This document shows, piece after piece, positions 22,493 to 32,263 of a stretch of DNA of 64,000 nt. How positions within the stretch are numbered: position 1 is the stretch's first letter; each line of letters opens with the position of its first letter. The notes under the pieces were generated by a model. The model saw only the letters and a list, made by a program, of their open reading frames with translations. It had not been told where the DNA came from and did no database searches. The stretch spans positions 128,001 through 192,000 of the forward strand of contig CAVWHO010000008.1 of the NCBI GenBank assembly GCA_963754875.1, written 5' to 3'. Source of the DNA: Nitrospirota bacterium. GTDB taxonomy: Bacteria > Nitrospirota > UBA9217. The position numbers were made by a program, and so were the translations under genes.

Positions 22493-23338
22493 TTACCAGG
22501 CTCTCGTTACGTGACAACTTGGCGTGCATGTAGGATAGGGGGGGCCCAGGTTGTAGTTTACATAATCTTGAATCGTAGCTGAAGCTGGCCCTTCCATCGT
22601 CGATGTATTTAAAGACTTAAAATGGCTTAGCACAAGCTTCGATATGTCATGGCAAAAATTGCAGTTTATATTCTGCAGAAACACATGGGTGTAGTGCTGA
22701 CCGGACGCGAAGCTGTTATACTGGGTAGTACCGTAGGAGTGGCACGAGGTACACTGGGTCAGCACATCAATCTTGCCGCTCAACCACACCGGTGTCGTCT
22801 GCCCGCCATGACAGCTCACGTTCGAGCAGGTGCCGTCGGCGTTATGCACTGCGGTGCCGCTCTTTGCACTGTACGTGCTCAGGAACTGCACGTCAGTAAC
22901 GCCGTTATAGTGTTTGTCAGTGCCTGTCCCCGCACCGTTGTGACAGGTATTGCACGCATCAGGCAACGTGACCTGAGGAGCGAAATGACCCTCAACCGAA
23001 TTATGTGCGCCCTCCCTGTTCGGGGCAACGGTACCTGAAGGCGGTATTCCGTGACAGGAGGTGCATCCTGTCATTGTGAGGGGAGAGCCGTTCGTATGGC
23101 AGGATGCGCATGCGACTCTGGAAACACCTCCTGAGAAATCCTCTCCATGGCATTCCATGCAAACGCTCGGATCAGTCTTTGCAGCTGCCGGGTGGCCCGC
23201 AATTAGCCAGTTTGCCGGGTGCTGGTCCTCGTCGAATGGCAAGTTCTCATTCTTCTCACTAGTACCGCACCCCACCAAAACCAGCAGTCCTGCTGCGAGA
23301 AGCAATGCCGCCATCGCGATCTTATTTATCGGTGACAT
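22493..23338 (-). CDS. Multiheme c-type cytochrome lipoprotein (6 CxxCH + CxxxxCH + CxxxCH), ExtD-like position
   Basis: Lipobox LVGC; CMECH, CASCH, CTSCH, CNTCH, CSNVSCH, CTSCH, CNFCH, CTPSCH. Confidence 0.9.
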   Translation of the reverse strand: MSPINKIAMAALLLAAGLLVLVGCGTSEKNENLPFDEDQHPANWLIAGHPAAAKTDPSVCMECHGEDFSGGVSRVACASCHTNGSPLTMTGCTSCHGIPPSGTVAPNREGAHNSVEGHFAPQVTLPDACNTCHNGAGTGTDKHYNGVTDVQFLSTYSAKSGTAVHNADGTCSNVSCHGGQTTPVWLSGKIDVLTQCTSCHSYGTTQYNSFASGQHYTHVFLQNINCNFCHDISKLVLSHFKSLNTSTMEGPASATIQDYVNYNLGPPYPTCTPSCHVTRAW

Positions 23339-23766
23339 GTTCTGCACCTCTCATTATTCGAGCGGCCATGACATTTCATGCATGAAGCCGGGTTGATCCG
23401 ACCGTCGATTTTATGCTGATTGAGATAATCTCCCCGGTGTGGCAGGAACCGTTCCGGATCATCTTTATATTTATCGCTCGGCTTCAGCTCGTCCTTGTGC
23501 GCATGGCAGTCGGAGCAGAACGACTCCGCGTGGCAAACTTTGCAGGTCCCCGACTGCTGTTCTGCGTAAAAGCGATGCCGCGCCGCCCAGTCGCTGGTGT
23601 GGTCCATTGCGGTCCGCCAATCTGTGTGGCAGTCGCTGCAGATCGGGAAACCCGTTACTTCAACAGGATGCGACGTAACGATACTCGCCGTATGCGCACA
23701 GGCGTACAAGCCGATGAGTGCTACGAATACTGTCAATAAAACAATTTTGGTCGTCATCGTTTTCAT
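23326..23766 (-). CDS. Pentaheme c-type cytochrome lipoprotein, ExtC-like
   Basis: Lipobox LYAC; CSDCH, CKVCH, CSDCH, CMKCH, CRTCH. Confidence 0.9.
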   Translation of the reverse strand: MKTMTTKIVLLTVFVALIGLYACAHTASIVTSHPVEVTGFPICSDCHTDWRTAMDHTSDWAARHRFYAEQQSGTCKVCHAESFCSDCHAHKDELKPSDKYKDDPERFLPHRGDYLNQHKIDGRINPASCMKCHGRSNNERCRTCHR

Positions 23767-23768
23767 AA

Positions 23769-25067
23769 TTAAGCCCCTCCTGCGGCGCCAAAATGATAGA
23801 GAAGCTTGACGAAACTCCGGATGTCGCTGTTGAAATCGGGATCATGGGAATATTCCACATCGGCACCGAGTTTCCATGCTTCCGTAAGATCGTACTGGGC
23901 CGCTAGGGACCCGGAATAGGAATCTTTTACGCCGTTAATGGGTTGGGCATAGACTACATCGAGAATATCGGCGGTAAGATCAAACTTTCCGAGCTTCTTA
24001 TAGCCGTATGCCCGGTACTCGTTATATTGCAACCTTGTCGTTTTTCCCTGCATGCGGTGGTACCCCAGGCCGGCACCGCCGGAGCCTTCTGCTGAATACT
24101 TGACCAGACCTCCGTAATAATTGGCGTCGCCTTCAATAGAATAGTCGAAATTTTTGTAATCAGCAACAATGCTCACATTGTCTGTAACCTTGTATGATGC
24201 TGCTTCCCCCAGAATGCGTACCTTTTCATCGTCGATGATAAGCCCGTTGGCCACGGAGAGAGCGCTCGTGGTAGCACGGAAGAAATAATTGTCATAATTG
24301 ATCCATGACGCCGTAGTATCAAGTCTGAGATTAGCGAAAGGCCCCAGCATCAGAACATAGGTATGTTCCATCCAGCCTTTGGTGATGTCGTTATAGCTCG
24401 ACCTGCCGGAAATATCTACCTTGTTCATCAGATGGGCCCAGAGATCAATGCCCTCCTCTTTTCGGTAGTCCTGGTTGTTTTTTTCTTCTTTGAGAGCCGA
24501 TATTCCGATTTTGTACACATCGCCGACCTGGTGAGTCAGACGTCCACCGTAGATCACGTTGTCGCCGGGCGTTTCGATGTTGGTCTCAACCGGGCTGCCG
24601 CCGAATGCCGAGACGCCGAAGCCCCCTTTCAGATCGGTGCGCGCATAGATCCCGTCTACTCGTTCTGCAGCCACACCCTCAAAGACCATCACACGGCCAA
24701 GATTGACCACGGTGTTGTCGGTTTTGCTCTTGAAACTCAAATAAGAATATTGAAGATCGCTGGGCGATTTTCTCCCGAGTTCATCACCGAGAAAATCATA
24801 ATGGATCCACCCCCCGGTATGAAACGAGACAGTTTCATTGCCGATGTCCTGTACTGCGAAATCGAGGTATTCGTAGCCGCCTAGGATTTTTGTACCGTCG
24901 GCCGTCTCCCGTGACTGGAAATACGTATTGGAATTTCCGGTCAGGCTAGCCGCACGGGACTGACCCGGTAAACCCAATGTGATCAGTGACAGCAAGGCCA
25001 TAGCAGATACTATTCGCATGACCAAGGGACCGCTTTTCATTGTTCGCAGCATAATATTACTTCTCAA
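23769..25067 (-). CDS. Outer-membrane beta-barrel porin of a porin-cytochrome conduit, ExtB-like
   Basis: Signal peptide, alternating Y/F/W-rich beta strands, near-terminal KLLYHF; 2 bp from the pentaheme gene. Confidence 0.82.
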   Translation of the reverse strand: MRSNIMLRTMKSGPLVMRIVSAMALLSLITLGLPGQSRAASLTGNSNTYFQSRETADGTKILGGYEYLDFAVQDIGNETVSFHTGGWIHYDFLGDELGRKSPSDLQYSYLSFKSKTDNTVVNLGRVMVFEGVAAERVDGIYARTDLKGGFGVSAFGGSPVETNIETPGDNVIYGGRLTHQVGDVYKIGISALKEEKNNQDYRKEEGIDLWAHLMNKVDISGRSSYNDITKGWMEHTYVLMLGPFANLRLDTTASWINYDNYFFRATTSALSVANGLIIDDEKVRILGEAASYKVTDNVSIVADYKNFDYSIEGDANYYGGLVKYSAEGSGGAGLGYHRMQGKTTRLQYNEYRAYGYKKLGKFDLTADILDVVYAQPINGVKDSYSGSLAAQYDLTEAWKLGADVEYSHDPDFNSDIRSFVKLLYHFGAAGGA

Positions 25068-25297
25068 AATGTTGTCTCCTTTCTAAGAACTGTGCACAAC
25101 GACTTTCGTATCTCTGAAGTGAGATGGTCATAATAACCGATTCTGTAATATCGAGCTAACGCACTTTTATGTGCGCTTGAAGGTGAGAGTATATTTTTCA
25201 TTCAACTCAAATTAGTACAAAGCTGTGAAGGACTACAGAGATATTACCGGCACTATACGCTTGAAACGGTTGATGAAAACATCTGCAAAACGGTCAT

Positions 25298-25326
25298 ACT
25301 ATACAGAAAAACACCTTGCAAATCAA
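25298..25326 (-). promoter_or_regulatory. sigma70-like promoter for the porin-cytochrome operon
   Basis: TTGATT-N17-TATAGT. Confidence 0.45.
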
Positions 25327-25527
25327 GAAAAAAAGGACATGCCTTTCTTACTGAGGCATGTCCTTCGTGAGTGCTGAACCAGTTCTACAGCATGCGTCAA
25401 TATAGATAATAACATCTATTTGCAACTCGTAAAAGCTGGCGGACCCCGTAGGGTCCGCCTGATGTTGAGTTTGGTTCCGGTTTGGCGATTATCATCCAAA
25501 CCTTACTTCAGACCTGTTATTACGATA

Positions 25528-27996
25528 CTAGTTGACCTTGTGCACAACAGCGATGTCTTCTATTGCGCCGTGGCCATGGCATACGAGACACGATTCGATT
25601 GCCGGAGAAGGAGCCTGGTCACGCCTTTCGTAGAACTGGCCGCCGTTTGCCTCCATGTGGTTCACATCAGTCGCAAGATCGTGGCATGCAACGCAGGTCG
25701 CTGTGATCGGCGACTGTACGAGGTTGCTGCCGCTGCCAGCCGTCAAGATGCCGTCGCTGGTGATAGAGGGGCCTGCTCCATAATTAGTTACAAGGTCGAC
25801 GTACGGTGAATTCTTAAACCCGGCAAGTGAATCCGTGTTCGTGTACGTCTTTGCAGACACCAGGACATTCAGCATTCCGCTCATAAGAGCCGGGGTGTAT
25901 TGGGTTGCGCTGAAGTCGTAGGTGCCGGGCAAATGACACTTCTGGCAGTCGTTCAGGATTGCCGGGTACAGGAGCAGCGAGAAATTATCGTCAATAGCTA
26001 CAGCGTGCCAGGTAAACGGCACTGAACGCTTGCTTGCTCCGTGAATGCCATGGACCCAGGTCCTGAATGATGCGGACCATCCGTTGCTTGACTGGTTGGG
26101 AGTATGGCAGGCCGCGCAAATGGCGATGCTATAGTTGCCGCCGTGGAAATTAGGCACGGTGCCAAGCTGCTTATGACAAGAATCGCACCTAGCGGGGTCG
26201 ACGATCACGCGCCGAGCGGTGTAACCGGTCGCAGTCTTCATCGCTGGCACTGCGAGGACGTTCACTCCACCTACGTTGGGAGAATCCTTCATGATTGCCG
26301 TGACCATGCTTGCATTCGAAGGAATATTCAGATAGCCGGCACTGATGGTGCCGCCGCTCAGGACAGCGGTGTAGAGGCCGTTCACCGGGCCAGTCAGTGT
26401 GCCTTTTGTCCCGTCCCAAATATTCTGAAGTGCTAATGAACTGTGACCGCTATTCCAGTCGGACGGAGCAGTGATGCCATCCTGCGGTACAGAGTATGCA
26501 GCAATGAACGTCGGGCCGGCGGTGGTGGTGAGGCCGGTTATCATGTTCGACGGGTTATTTATAGCATCAAAGGTATTCAGAACCACGTCCGAACCGTTCT
26601 GCTGAATCTTGAACACCACGGACATAACGTTGCTGCTAACAGAAGCTGATGTGACGACGTAGGTGATGGGTGCAGTAGACGTCGGGAAGGAAGCACCTGT
26701 TAACGCGTTGGTTTCTGTTCTTGTAATGTCGTGATTAAACAGGATATCCGGAGCATCATGACAGCCTGCGCAAACACCGTCGACCTTAGGGCCTGCTGGG
26801 TGAGCTTTAAAACCAGTTGGTACGGTTGCTGCCCAGCTGATATTGTCATGGCAGGAGCCGCAGGCCTTGATGCTGGGTTTAGTCAGATAGTTGCCGCCGT
26901 CGGTCCCGACGTGACAGGTTGTGCAGTTTCTAATGTCCTGAGGATAGCCGATATTGTTCGGGAAAAAGTGGCCGTCATTGATGCCATACCCCTGGAGCTG
27001 GAGGTTCTCACCCATGTGGGCTTTATGGATCATAGTCACGAACTCCATCTGGGCATAGGTGGCCGTTCCATTGCTGAGGAGCCATGTGCTGCCGTTCGGA
27101 GCCTTCGCGTCGATGTCCGGGTTAGTCAAATTACCGCTAGCATCGGCAGTAGACACCGAGCGGCCCGTTGATTCCATCTGCGGGTTATGGCACATCACGC
27201 AATATTTCGTGACTTGGCGTCCGCCATGGCCGGGCTGGCCGGGTTTAAAGCCTGTGCCGGTAACATCGAGTGAAGTGTTGCCGAGCTTCGTGTGGCAGCC
27301 GTTGCAGGCAGTCTCACTCACGATGTCCCTGGTATCGGTGACGGGTGACCCATTGGGAACAAAGGTATAGACAATGTTCACCGGGTGGGTTATCGGCAGC
27401 GTAGGAGTAACGCCCGGAACGTTGCCGGAAATCTGGACCGCTATCCGGTGCGTGGCAGCAGGGTCAAAGGTGATATTGGAATTCGCAAATGTGTACACAT
27501 AGGTACCGTCGCCATTGTCAACCAGATTTGCCGTGAGGCCCGTGCTGGTCGGCAAAGACTGGGGGCTCGAATCCAGGAGGTAGTTGCTCCAGGCGTTGGT
27601 AACGGAATCTGTGGGGTCAGTTGCAAGAGTTGCGATTACCAGCTTCGTATAGTTGGTATTCGCTGCGTTCGACGGGCTTGCTACGCCGAGGCCGGTAACC
27701 CCGCGGCCGTTCTGATCGACAACCTTGAAATTCACAACCGGCTGCGCAGCCATCGTAACGCTGGTAATTGTGCCGGTCATTGTGAGCGCTACCATGTCGT
27801 CCGCGGACAGAGTATTGATATTCACTGTGTTGCCGCCATTTGTTCCATTTGTTCCATTTGTTCCATTTGTACCGTTCACGCCATTCGCGCCGTTGCTGCC
27901 GTCGCTGCCTTTGCATCCTGCTACGGCAACTATGGCAACAAGAAGCAACAGCACGAGCAACAACGTACTACATTTACCTTTGAAGATATGTTGCAT
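25528..27996 (-). CDS. OmcA/MtrC-type decaheme c-type cytochrome lipoprotein (copy 1)
   Basis: Lipobox VAGC; 10 CxxCH arranged 5 + heme-free domain + 5; (GxN)n linker. Confidence 0.9.
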   Translation of the reverse strand: MQHIFKGKCSTLLLVLLLLVAIVAVAGCKGSDGSNGANGVNGTNGTNGTNGTNGGNTVNINTLSADDMVALTMTGTITSVTMAAQPVVNFKVVDQNGRGVTGLGVASPSNAANTNYTKLVIATLATDPTDSVTNAWSNYLLDSSPQSLPTSTGLTANLVDNGDGTYVYTFANSNITFDPAATHRIAVQISGNVPGVTPTLPITHPVNIVYTFVPNGSPVTDTRDIVSETACNGCHTKLGNTSLDVTGTGFKPGQPGHGGRQVTKYCVMCHNPQMESTGRSVSTADASGNLTNPDIDAKAPNGSTWLLSNGTATYAQMEFVTMIHKAHMGENLQLQGYGINDGHFFPNNIGYPQDIRNCTTCHVGTDGGNYLTKPSIKACGSCHDNISWAATVPTGFKAHPAGPKVDGVCAGCHDAPDILFNHDITRTETNALTGASFPTSTAPITYVVTSASVSSNVMSVVFKIQQNGSDVVLNTFDAINNPSNMITGLTTTAGPTFIAAYSVPQDGITAPSDWNSGHSSLALQNIWDGTKGTLTGPVNGLYTAVLSGGTISAGYLNIPSNASMVTAIMKDSPNVGGVNVLAVPAMKTATGYTARRVIVDPARCDSCHKQLGTVPNFHGGNYSIAICAACHTPNQSSNGWSASFRTWVHGIHGASKRSVPFTWHAVAIDDNFSLLLYPAILNDCQKCHLPGTYDFSATQYTPALMSGMLNVLVSAKTYTNTDSLAGFKNSPYVDLVTNYGAGPSITSDGILTAGSGSNLVQSPITATCVACHDLATDVNHMEANGGQFYERRDQAPSPAIESCLVCHGHGAIEDIAVVHKVN
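27837..27870 (-). repeat. 9-bp tandem repeat encoding (GTN)n linker
   Basis: CCATTTGTT x3 plus a degenerate copy. Confidence 0.8.
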
Positions 27997-28186
27997 TTTG
28001 TTTCCCCTTTCTTTATTTAGAGTCTATTTACCAGCTCACTGCTTTACTTACGTCTTATCGCCGCTTTACTGCTCTTCCTGCAGCAGCAATGTTATCTGAT
28101 ATTTATGCACATCTGCCACAATATATTTGTGTTTATAGCAATAAATATCGTAAAGTTTCAAATTATCGTAAAACCCGTCTGAATAT

Positions 28187-28202
28187 TGCAACTAAAATGC
28201 CA
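28187..28202 (-). promoter_or_regulatory. sigma-54 -24/-12 promoter of decaheme copy 1
   Basis: TGGCATTTTAGTTGCA (GG-N10-GC). Confidence 0.8.
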
Positions 28203-28220
28203 AAATGCAGTTTTATTAAA

Positions 28221-28303
28221 AAACAGATAATTAGCAGCAATATGTTGCATTTTATATTACGAATTCAGTGTCATTTCGCTCAACTCATGTGCGTTTTCGC
28301 TCA
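28221..28303. promoter_or_regulatory. IHF-like site and two enhancer-like (UAS) boxes
   Basis: AAACAGATAATTA (28221-33); AGTGTCATTTCGCTCA (28267-82); TGTGCGTTTTCGCTCA (28288-303). Confidence 0.6.
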
Positions 28304-28521
28304 TTATTATCTACTGGCGTTGGTTTACCCAAGAACAAGTCAAAAGTGATACAAATGATCCATCGACGCAAGCGAATGTTTTTAGTGCAGATAGGGAATA
28401 GAGGACTTTGTCAGTGTTTCTAACTGACACCGCTATTATTGCTTTTAACGGACTAAGCGGCGATGCAGTTGAGCCCTCGCTCGTATTGACATATGAAAAC
28501 AAAGAGGTTATGATTCGTCTG

Positions 28522-29004
28522 ATGAATGGAGAGGGTATTCATAAACAATCCCCCATAAAAAATCAACCTGAAGGCAATCGAGAACTTCTGACCTTCTCCA
28601 CCTTGGTGTTTTTTTTATCCTTGTGCTTTTTCAATACAGCGGACGCTCAGGCAACTAATCAATCAGGCTACAGCCTCGTCGGAACAATACAGAGCCGGAA
28701 TTTTTCAGGAGCGGTTATCACTGTAGCAAAAGGCGAACAGTCTTTTTATAGACTGGGCGACAAACTGCCGGATGGGTCGCAAATCGTTAAGGTGCGGGCG
28801 GATACTATTTTGCTCAAGGTCGCAGACGGATCGACGTATGAAATGTATATACTCCACGAGACGAAGGTAACGGCAGCGCTGCCCTTTTCGCCGCTCGATC
28901 CGTTCGCGGGAAAAGTATGGACGCCCCCCGAAAAACGACCATTAAGTGCATATGAAAAACGACGTCAAAAACGGCTCGGCACGCGAAGTTCAGACGATGA
29001 ATAG
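28522..29004 (+). CDS. Stand-alone GspC HR-domain-like exported protein (paralog 2)
   Basis: ADA-Q then SGYSLVGTIQS..GAVI..EQSFYRLGDKLPDGSQIVKVRADTILL; start placed downstream of TTGACA-N17-TATGAT (28486-28514). Confidence 0.55.
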   Translation: MNGEGIHKQSPIKNQPEGNRELLTFSTLVFFLSLCFFNTADAQATNQSGYSLVGTIQSRNFSGAVITVAKGEQSFYRLGDKLPDGSQIVKVRADTILLKVADGSTYEMYILHETKVTAALPFSPLDPFAGKVWTPPEKRPLSAYEKRRQKRLGTRSSDDE

Positions 29005-29335
29005 GGGCGCTGTTTTTCAAGTTCGGCTGCCACGGCAGTGGCTGAAAAAATAAGAGGCCGTAAACACGCCAGACTGTGTCTTCTCAATCAGATTGACCTC
29101 CCATCCCCCAGCCATCGAGCAGGTTCCATACGCTAGGCGGATCAAAAAAAGACCCGGAAGTTTCCCCGGGCCTTCCAAAAATCACGGTCTGTTACCAGAA
29201 ACATGCTGCAGAAATATTTACCGATGCAAAAAAAGGCTATTAGAATCTGCGATTCACAGTATGTCTGAAAAAAGACCGACAGCTGACGTTGTGGATGGAT
29301 GCCGCTCTCGATATCCTGTGTGATTTTGATAAGGT

Positions 29336-29683
29336 TTACGAACCGAATTTCACCTTCCAGACAGTATGTCCCTTATCGTCTTTAGATTTAACCAGGTTAT
29401 AAACAGGCGTTTTCTCAACCGGCGCGGACATTTGCTTGTTCCCTATCTCATAAGAAAATATTGCTTTAACTTGGACAGTCCACGAGCCGTCCTTATTAGG
29501 GCCGTCCTTTTTCAGGACCACGATGGGTGCTTGCATGGTAAGATCTTTTAAGGCTCCGCTTTCATTAATAGCTTTGATCACTTCTGCATCCGAGGGTCCA
29601 AATAGCTTGGAGCAACCAGAAAAACTGAACACAGCTACTATTAATAGCAGGAATGCAACATAATATATTGTTTTGGCTCTCAT
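29336..29683 (-). CDS. Small lipoprotein of unknown function (paralog 2)
   Basis: Lipobox FSGC, FGPSDAEVIKAIN...PIVVL...W.V.VK...VWK. Confidence 0.8.
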   Translation of the reverse strand: MRAKTIYYVAFLLLIVAVFSFSGCSKLFGPSDAEVIKAINESGALKDLTMQAPIVVLKKDGPNKDGSWTVQVKAIFSYEIGNKQMSAPVEKTPVYNLVKSKDDKGHTVWKVKFGS

Positions 29684-29779
29684 TTCATTCTCCCTCGTAA
29701 CTCGGAACGTTTTCCCAACAGACAGTAAGTGCAACCAAATCATTATCCTTCATTGCCATTGAAACTAGGACCGCTTATA

Positions 29780-29807
29780 AAAAAGGGCGGACCTTTCGGT
29801 CCGCCCT
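29780..29807 (-). terminator. Intrinsic terminator after decaheme copy 2
   Basis: AGGGCGGACC-TTTC-GGTCCGCCCT with T-run on the minus strand. Confidence 0.75.
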
Positions 29808-29848
29808 GCGAAACAGTCTTCGAAATCGAGTTACAGTTTCAAAAGTAA

Positions 29849-32263
29849 TTACGGTGTATCGGCAATATCAACATCCTTGCCAGGTCCGTGACAAACCACA
29901 CAAGACTCGGGTTGATTTACCGTACCTGACGTGCCAACTACGAGTGAAGTGAGGCTGCCGCCCATCGTGGTCATGTGATCAGTTGCTCCGGGCACATCGC
30001 CATGGCATCCATAGCAGGGGATTTCATACAGATTGCTCTTGTATGAAGTATTGCCTGAATAATGGCAGATAGTACACCGCTTGATGTTCGCCGGGTACGT
30101 AATGGTGGACGTCGGGAGACTCTCCACGTTCCAAGTTTGTGGCACTGACCAGTCAATGACCGAGATGTCGCCATTCGCTTGGGCGGAATGAACGGCATGT
30201 ACACGGTTATTAATGGGTGCTGTCGATGCGCTAAGGCCTATGGAGGAATTACCGCGGGCCCCTACGTAGTGGCAGGCGTTACAGTCATCGGTATCGAACT
30301 TCGCGGCATGGTCATCGCGGTGCATAATCTCGTTGCCATGGCATCTCAGACAGCTGCTCTTGTTGTTGTTATCGCCGGCAATCCTCAGATCCTCGGTCGC
30401 ACTGCCAACCTGGAACTGTGTTATACCGACGGAAACGACCTGGTTAGGAACGGTACCACAACCAGAGGCCAACGTCTGTGTGTAGGTATTGCCGAGATAG
30501 ACACGGACAAAGTAGGTGCCCGGCAATGTGCCTGCTGGGATCGGCTGCAGCGCATAGGTCCAGCCCGTTGCCGTTGGCGTTATGTTAATATTAGTATTGG
30601 TGGTCGTACCGGTTGAAGTACTACACGACGACCTGCTCGCGGAAAAATAGGTGCCCAGCAGGGGGATCGACTTCTTGCCCGCCGGAAGGAAGCTCGGCCT
30701 GGGAGAGGTGCGGGGACCGTAGACATACATGTTGGCTAGGGCCAGGCTGTTGGGGTCGTAGTTTCCTACTTGATGACCGGCGGCTGCGGTGAGACCAGTC
30801 GGCACAGCGCTGCCATCAGGGTTGGTCAAGGTGATCGTGACGGTCGGTGTTTCACCTGAGACAAAATAGCTGCCGTTTGACGGGGTGCTCAAGGAGATGA
30901 CGATGTTATATTCCTGAGTATCCGGCGTACTAAGCGTCGTTACCACACCGGTCACTGGTGCGACAAACGTCGGCAGCGTAGTGCTGTGGACGGTCACGAT
31001 GTCCGTAAAATCACCAGCAGTTCCGAGGCCATTATGGCAGCCGGCGCACTGTACATCGGTTTTTGCACCAACGGGAACGGCGGTTTTTGTCGTAAACGTG
31101 CCCGTGTTATGCGTAAACGTCGCGGCGACGGTGCTCGTGGCCGCAGTGACGACGTTCGTGGTATGGCAGGAAGCGCAGACCCGGCCGGTCGGATGGGTCT
31201 TCCAGTTGCTGAGCGCCGTCAAGTCACCGGGGGCCGAGCCGCTGGGATCGCTATGACAGACATCGCACTTCTGGATCGGCTGCGGATAGGTGACAGGGTT
31301 TTCAACAGCTGCCTCGAGAATGTCATCCTGGTCAGTCCACGTTGAACCGTGGATCTCGTGAATGAAGACCGGGAGGTCGGCGGCGTCAGCTGCCATAAAG
31401 CCCGTGAGATGCTTGGGCGCGGAGCCGTACAATGCACTGTGGCAGAAGTCGCACTCACGGATGTCATTGCGGCTGTTGGCATGGGCCGCATTGTCCATAT
31501 ACGGACCGTGGCACTTCTGACAGGCCTGGATGGTCACGAACTGGCGCAGGGAAGCGATCGAGGTAGCAGCATTGCCAGCACCGGGATCACCAGCGATATC
31601 CAGGATGCCGACTGACTTATTGTATCCAACTGGCGGACTGCTCAACTCTATCGCTACACGCTTCTTGTTGGCAGCCGCATAACCGGCATTGTTGTAGCCC
31701 GGCCACGTTGAACCGAAGGGAGTAACAAAGGTATAAGCGTAATTGCCGTTGGTGGCATCGCTTACGTCAAGATTGTTGGTGGCAGGAGTTGTAAATGTTG
31801 ATGATGTTGCCACCGCTGCTGCTTTACCTGGCGTTTCCGAAACCCACATCTCGTAGTAATCGGTTGAAAAGGTGTTATCACCGGTGCCTGCAGGGACCAG
31901 GTCGGCGATCTTAAAGCTCAGATTGCTATTGGTAATCGTAGTGACAGGCTTATTACCGGTTGTGGTTGCAACATGGAAAGCAACCTTTGCGACACCGCCG
32001 ACGTTCGTCACGGAAGTGATCGTTGTGGTGATGTCCACCGCACCTTGGAGAAGGCTGTGCGTGCCGAAAAGATTGGCTGCCGGTCCTGCCGGACCCGCTG
32101 GGCCCGTTGAGCCGGTTGGGCCGGTTAAGCCGGGCAAGCCGTTTGTGCCTGCAGCGCCGTTTGAGCCGTCGCTGCCCTTACATCCGCCTAGGACGGCTAC
32201 AGTAAGGAGCACCAACATCAATACCAACAACTTTGCAACTTTGCTCTTTGTGAAACTTTGCAT
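29849..32263 (-). CDS. OmcA/MtrC-type decaheme c-type cytochrome lipoprotein (copy 2)
   Basis: Lipobox LGGC followed by KGSDGSNG as in copy 1; collagen-like GxY linker; 10 CxxCH in 5+5 layout. Confidence 0.9.
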   Translation of the reverse strand: MQSFTKSKVAKLLVLMLVLLTVAVLGGCKGSDGSNGAAGTNGLPGLTGPTGSTGPAGPAGPAANLFGTHSLLQGAVDITTTITSVTNVGGVAKVAFHVATTTGNKPVTTITNSNLSFKIADLVPAGTGDNTFSTDYYEMWVSETPGKAAAVATSSTFTTPATNNLDVSDATNGNYAYTFVTPFGSTWPGYNNAGYAAANKKRVAIELSSPPVGYNKSVGILDIAGDPGAGNAATSIASLRQFVTIQACQKCHGPYMDNAAHANSRNDIRECDFCHSALYGSAPKHLTGFMAADAADLPVFIHEIHGSTWTDQDDILEAAVENPVTYPQPIQKCDVCHSDPSGSAPGDLTALSNWKTHPTGRVCASCHTTNVVTAATSTVAATFTHNTGTFTTKTAVPVGAKTDVQCAGCHNGLGTAGDFTDIVTVHSTTLPTFVAPVTGVVTTLSTPDTQEYNIVISLSTPSNGSYFVSGETPTVTITLTNPDGSAVPTGLTAAAGHQVGNYDPNSLALANMYVYGPRTSPRPSFLPAGKKSIPLLGTYFSASRSSCSTSTGTTTNTNINITPTATGWTYALQPIPAGTLPGTYFVRVYLGNTYTQTLASGCGTVPNQVVSVGITQFQVGSATEDLRIAGDNNNKSSCLRCHGNEIMHRDDHAAKFDTDDCNACHYVGARGNSSIGLSASTAPINNRVHAVHSAQANGDISVIDWSVPQTWNVESLPTSTITYPANIKRCTICHYSGNTSYKSNLYEIPCYGCHGDVPGATDHMTTMGGSLTSLVVGTSGTVNQPESCVVCHGPGKDVDIADTP

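Noticed and set aside
27997..28186. c-di-GMP / c-AMP-GMP (GEMM-I) riboswitch upstream of the cytochromes
   Set aside because: No GEMM core or its two-hairpin layout was visible in either UTR
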